A stretch of DNA of 32,000 nt, taken from NCBI RefSeq assembly GCF_000008645.1, contig NC_000916.1, forward strand, positions 1,260,001 to 1,292,000, read 5' to 3'. The notes beneath the pieces are model-generated. The model made no database searches. It saw nothing but the letters and a program-made list of their open reading frames with translations, and was not told the origin of the DNA. Below, piece by piece: positions 28,115 through 32,000 of this stretch. This DNA comes from Methanothermobacter thermautotrophicus str. Delta H (GTDB taxonomy: Archaea > Methanobacteriota > Methanobacteria > Methanobacteriales > Methanothermobacteraceae). The position numbers were made by a program, and so were the translations under genes. The first letter of the stretch is position 1. Every line of letters starts with the position of its first letter.

Positions 28115-29488
28115 TCAGGGACCGGTCTGGGTCCCCAGTATCTCATCAACAAGCTGCAGAAAACTCTCCATATCCCTGTAGGGCACCATCGCCCCGGCCG
28201 CTATATCATGTCCTCCCCCGGTACCACCAAAACTTGCGGCGGCATCCCTGAGGGCAACCCCGAGGTTAACACCCCTTTCAACAGCTGGCCTGGTTGTCCT
28301 TGCAGATACCTTAACGTGCTGATCCATCCGTGAAAGTCCGAGGAGGGGGATGTCAGGGTCAAGAATTTTGAGGGAGAGTGATATGCTTGCTATGGTCCCC
28401 ATGATCCCCTTGAAGGCCTTATCCTCACTGTAGATGTACTGCAGGTTCTCCAGGGTGGTGGAGCCCTCCCTCCTTATCCATGCAAGGCCCTTCACAAGCT
28501 CCTCACGGTAGTTCTTCTGGAGCTCGAGGGCCACATCAAGGGCACCTTCCCTTTCACCAAGGCACAGTCCGATTCCTATGCCATATTTACGGTTCTTTCC
28601 ACAGGCATCAAGCACCCCTGCAATGTCAGAGAGGTCACCTATATTCCGGAATTCCCTGCTCGTGAATACCTCTCCGAATATCTCAGGGTTTATCCTTGTA
28701 AGTTCATCCCTCAGAACATCCCTCTCCTCAGGGGACAGGTCAGGATATTTAACGCCATAGGATACGCCTATATTCTCAAGGAAGCCCATAGAAGCCTCCA
28801 TATCCCCGGTGAGGCCAGGCAGGGCCGGGTTGAAGGTGTATGCAATGGAACGGTAAAGGGGCTCGGTGTACCTTGATGCCAGCTTGAGGTCACTGTGGAC
28901 CTGAAGGACACCCTCTTCAACAGCCTCCTCCATGATGAACCTGTTTGCACCGGTGAATCCGTCAGTGTACTGCATGTCCCCCAGGGCACCCACAAGGGCA
29001 AGGGGGGCGGTCTTTCTGTTAAGGAGTCTCGTGGCCAGGTAGGCCGTTCCAGATGCACTGAGGTCCCTGCTACCATCAAGACCATGCAGATGAGGGTTTA
29101 TGTGAACAACATGGGGTCCTGCCTCGGATTCAGAGGGCTGATGATGATCAGCGACGATGACATCACCCTTCAGGCGGGATATCTCCTCAAGGTAGGCGCT
29201 TCCCATATCACAGAAAAAGAATAGGGAGTATTTCTCTCCCGACAATTTCTTAATGAACTCCTTCTTCAGCCTCGAGAGGATGGAGATGTGGAACTGACCA
29301 TTCATGGATGAAATGGCCCTTGCAACAACTCCTGCGGCTGATAGACCATCTGCGTCGTTGTGCGAGATGATCCTTATTATGTTTCCCCTTTCAAGGTGCT
29401 CCTCAAGGACCTTTGAGGCCTCTGCACCCCTCTTGAGAATTGAGTCGGGGAGTTTACTTGACGAGGAGGGCTGCTTTCTGTGGGTCAT
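28115..29488 (-). CDS. DHH-family phosphoesterase, archaeal RecJ/GAN-like
   Basis: [51 protein letters not shown]-terminal [19 protein letters not shown] (DHHA1-type GGGH). Confidence 0.88.
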
Positions 29489-29855
29489 ATCTCCATCCTT
29501 CAGGAAGGACACCTTCTCTCACATAGTACCTGACAAGGCGCCTTATCTTTGATTCAACGATCTGAAGGCCCCTCCTTGTGTGGAGGTCCTTTGGGTGTTC
29601 CTTAAGATGATCCCTTATGTTAACAGCCTTCCTTATGAGATTCATGAGGTCCTCAGGGTATTCAGGTTTCATTTCATGCTTCTCAAGTATCTGTGTTATT
29701 TTAAGCCCTGTAACGGCCTTTACGCTGGGTATGCCGTGCTGGTCCCTCAGTATTATACCTATTTTGCTGGTGGAGTTACCCTCCCTGTATAGTTTGACTA
29801 TAAGATCCTCTATTTCTTCATTTGAGTATTCAACCCAATCAGGTTTTAGAGACAT
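29454..29855 (-). CDS. rps15: 30S ribosomal protein S15
   Basis: [108 protein letters not shown]. Confidence 0.95.
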
Positions 29856-30418
29856 CAAATCACCTCATAATTTTCAATGTACCATTCTGCAAATTTTTTA
29901 AGGGCCCTGCTTCGATGCGAAAACCTGTTCTTCTCTGAGGTACTGAGTTCTCCGAAGCTTTTATCCATCCCTTCAGGATAGAATAACGGGTCGAAGGCGA
30001 AACCCATTGTTCCGCGCTCCTCAGTACCTATACGTCCCTTCACCACGCCTAAAAAAACCTCGGGTTCGGAGTTGGGGGTGCAGAACCCAACAGCCGACCT
30101 GAACTCGGCGTAGCGATCTTCAACATTTTCCATGAGCTTTAATATGCCACGGTTTCCTATGGTATCCTGTACATAGGCAGAATAGGGTCCTGGAAACCAT
30201 TTAAGAGCCCTTATAAACAGTCCTGCGTCCTCAACGATCACAGGACCATCCATGATCCTGGCAGCATGTTCTGCACCGTAACGGGCCACCTCCTCAAGTG
30301 TTCCCTGAAGTTCCGGGTAGCCCAGATCAGCATGCATCAGTTCTATTCCAGTACCATGGAATATCTTCTCTGCCTCAGATAACTTGTGTTTATTACCGGT
30401 TATAAATGTTACCTTCAT
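29855..30418 (-). CDS. rdgB: XTP/dITP diphosphatase (HAM1/RdgB family)
   Basis: [93 protein letters not shown]. Confidence 0.92.
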
Positions 30419-30480
30419 GATGAACCTCCTCAGTCAGTATATTCAGGGGGTTTAGTATCGTGTGGATATTAATTCTGAGC

Positions 30481-32000
<1,520 letters not shown>

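Noticed and set aside
27862-28251. 129-aa plus-strand ORF, and others opposite the aconitase-X and nuclease genes
   Set aside because: Pro/His/Ser-rich antisense shadow ORFs without motifs.

Overview
This 32 kb window is archaeal chromosomal DNA. Gene content and protein sequences point to Methanothermobacter or a close Methanobacteriaceae relative; this is inferred, not searched. The centrepiece is a replication origin (about 17375-18179) between a DUF2299-like gene and cdc6/orc1. It holds 12 origin-recognition-box-like repeats in two convergent arms: six copies of TTCAA[C/G]TGTAA on the left and six of TACACTTGAAAT on the right. Each arm has near-regular ~50 bp spacing, and most copies carry a conserved downstream pyrimidine/C-rich tail. 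Origins of this type are already described for this genus; the periodicity, arm-specific core base and extended tail are the details most worth re-examining. The origin is surrounded by DNA polymerase II small subunit (DP1), Hef helicase/nuclease, a RecJ/GAN-like DHH nuclease, Kae1-Bud32, S15, TrmI and PyrB. Dispersed cobalamin/F430 genes (cfbA/cbiX, cbiH, cbiG, cbiB), thiL, tandem-domain PurE, and a UbiD-family decarboxylase plus an aconitase-X-like protein (both candidate archaeal modified-mevalonate enzymes) are also present. Less characterised material includes a TusA-like/TusA/DsrE fusion next to a DUF169 protein and a divergent HTH-PAS/GAF regulator whose reading frame appears broken, and a pair of secreted/anchored Cys-containing proteins behind a perfect palindrome. 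No mobile element, CRISPR, tRNA or rRNA was supported.
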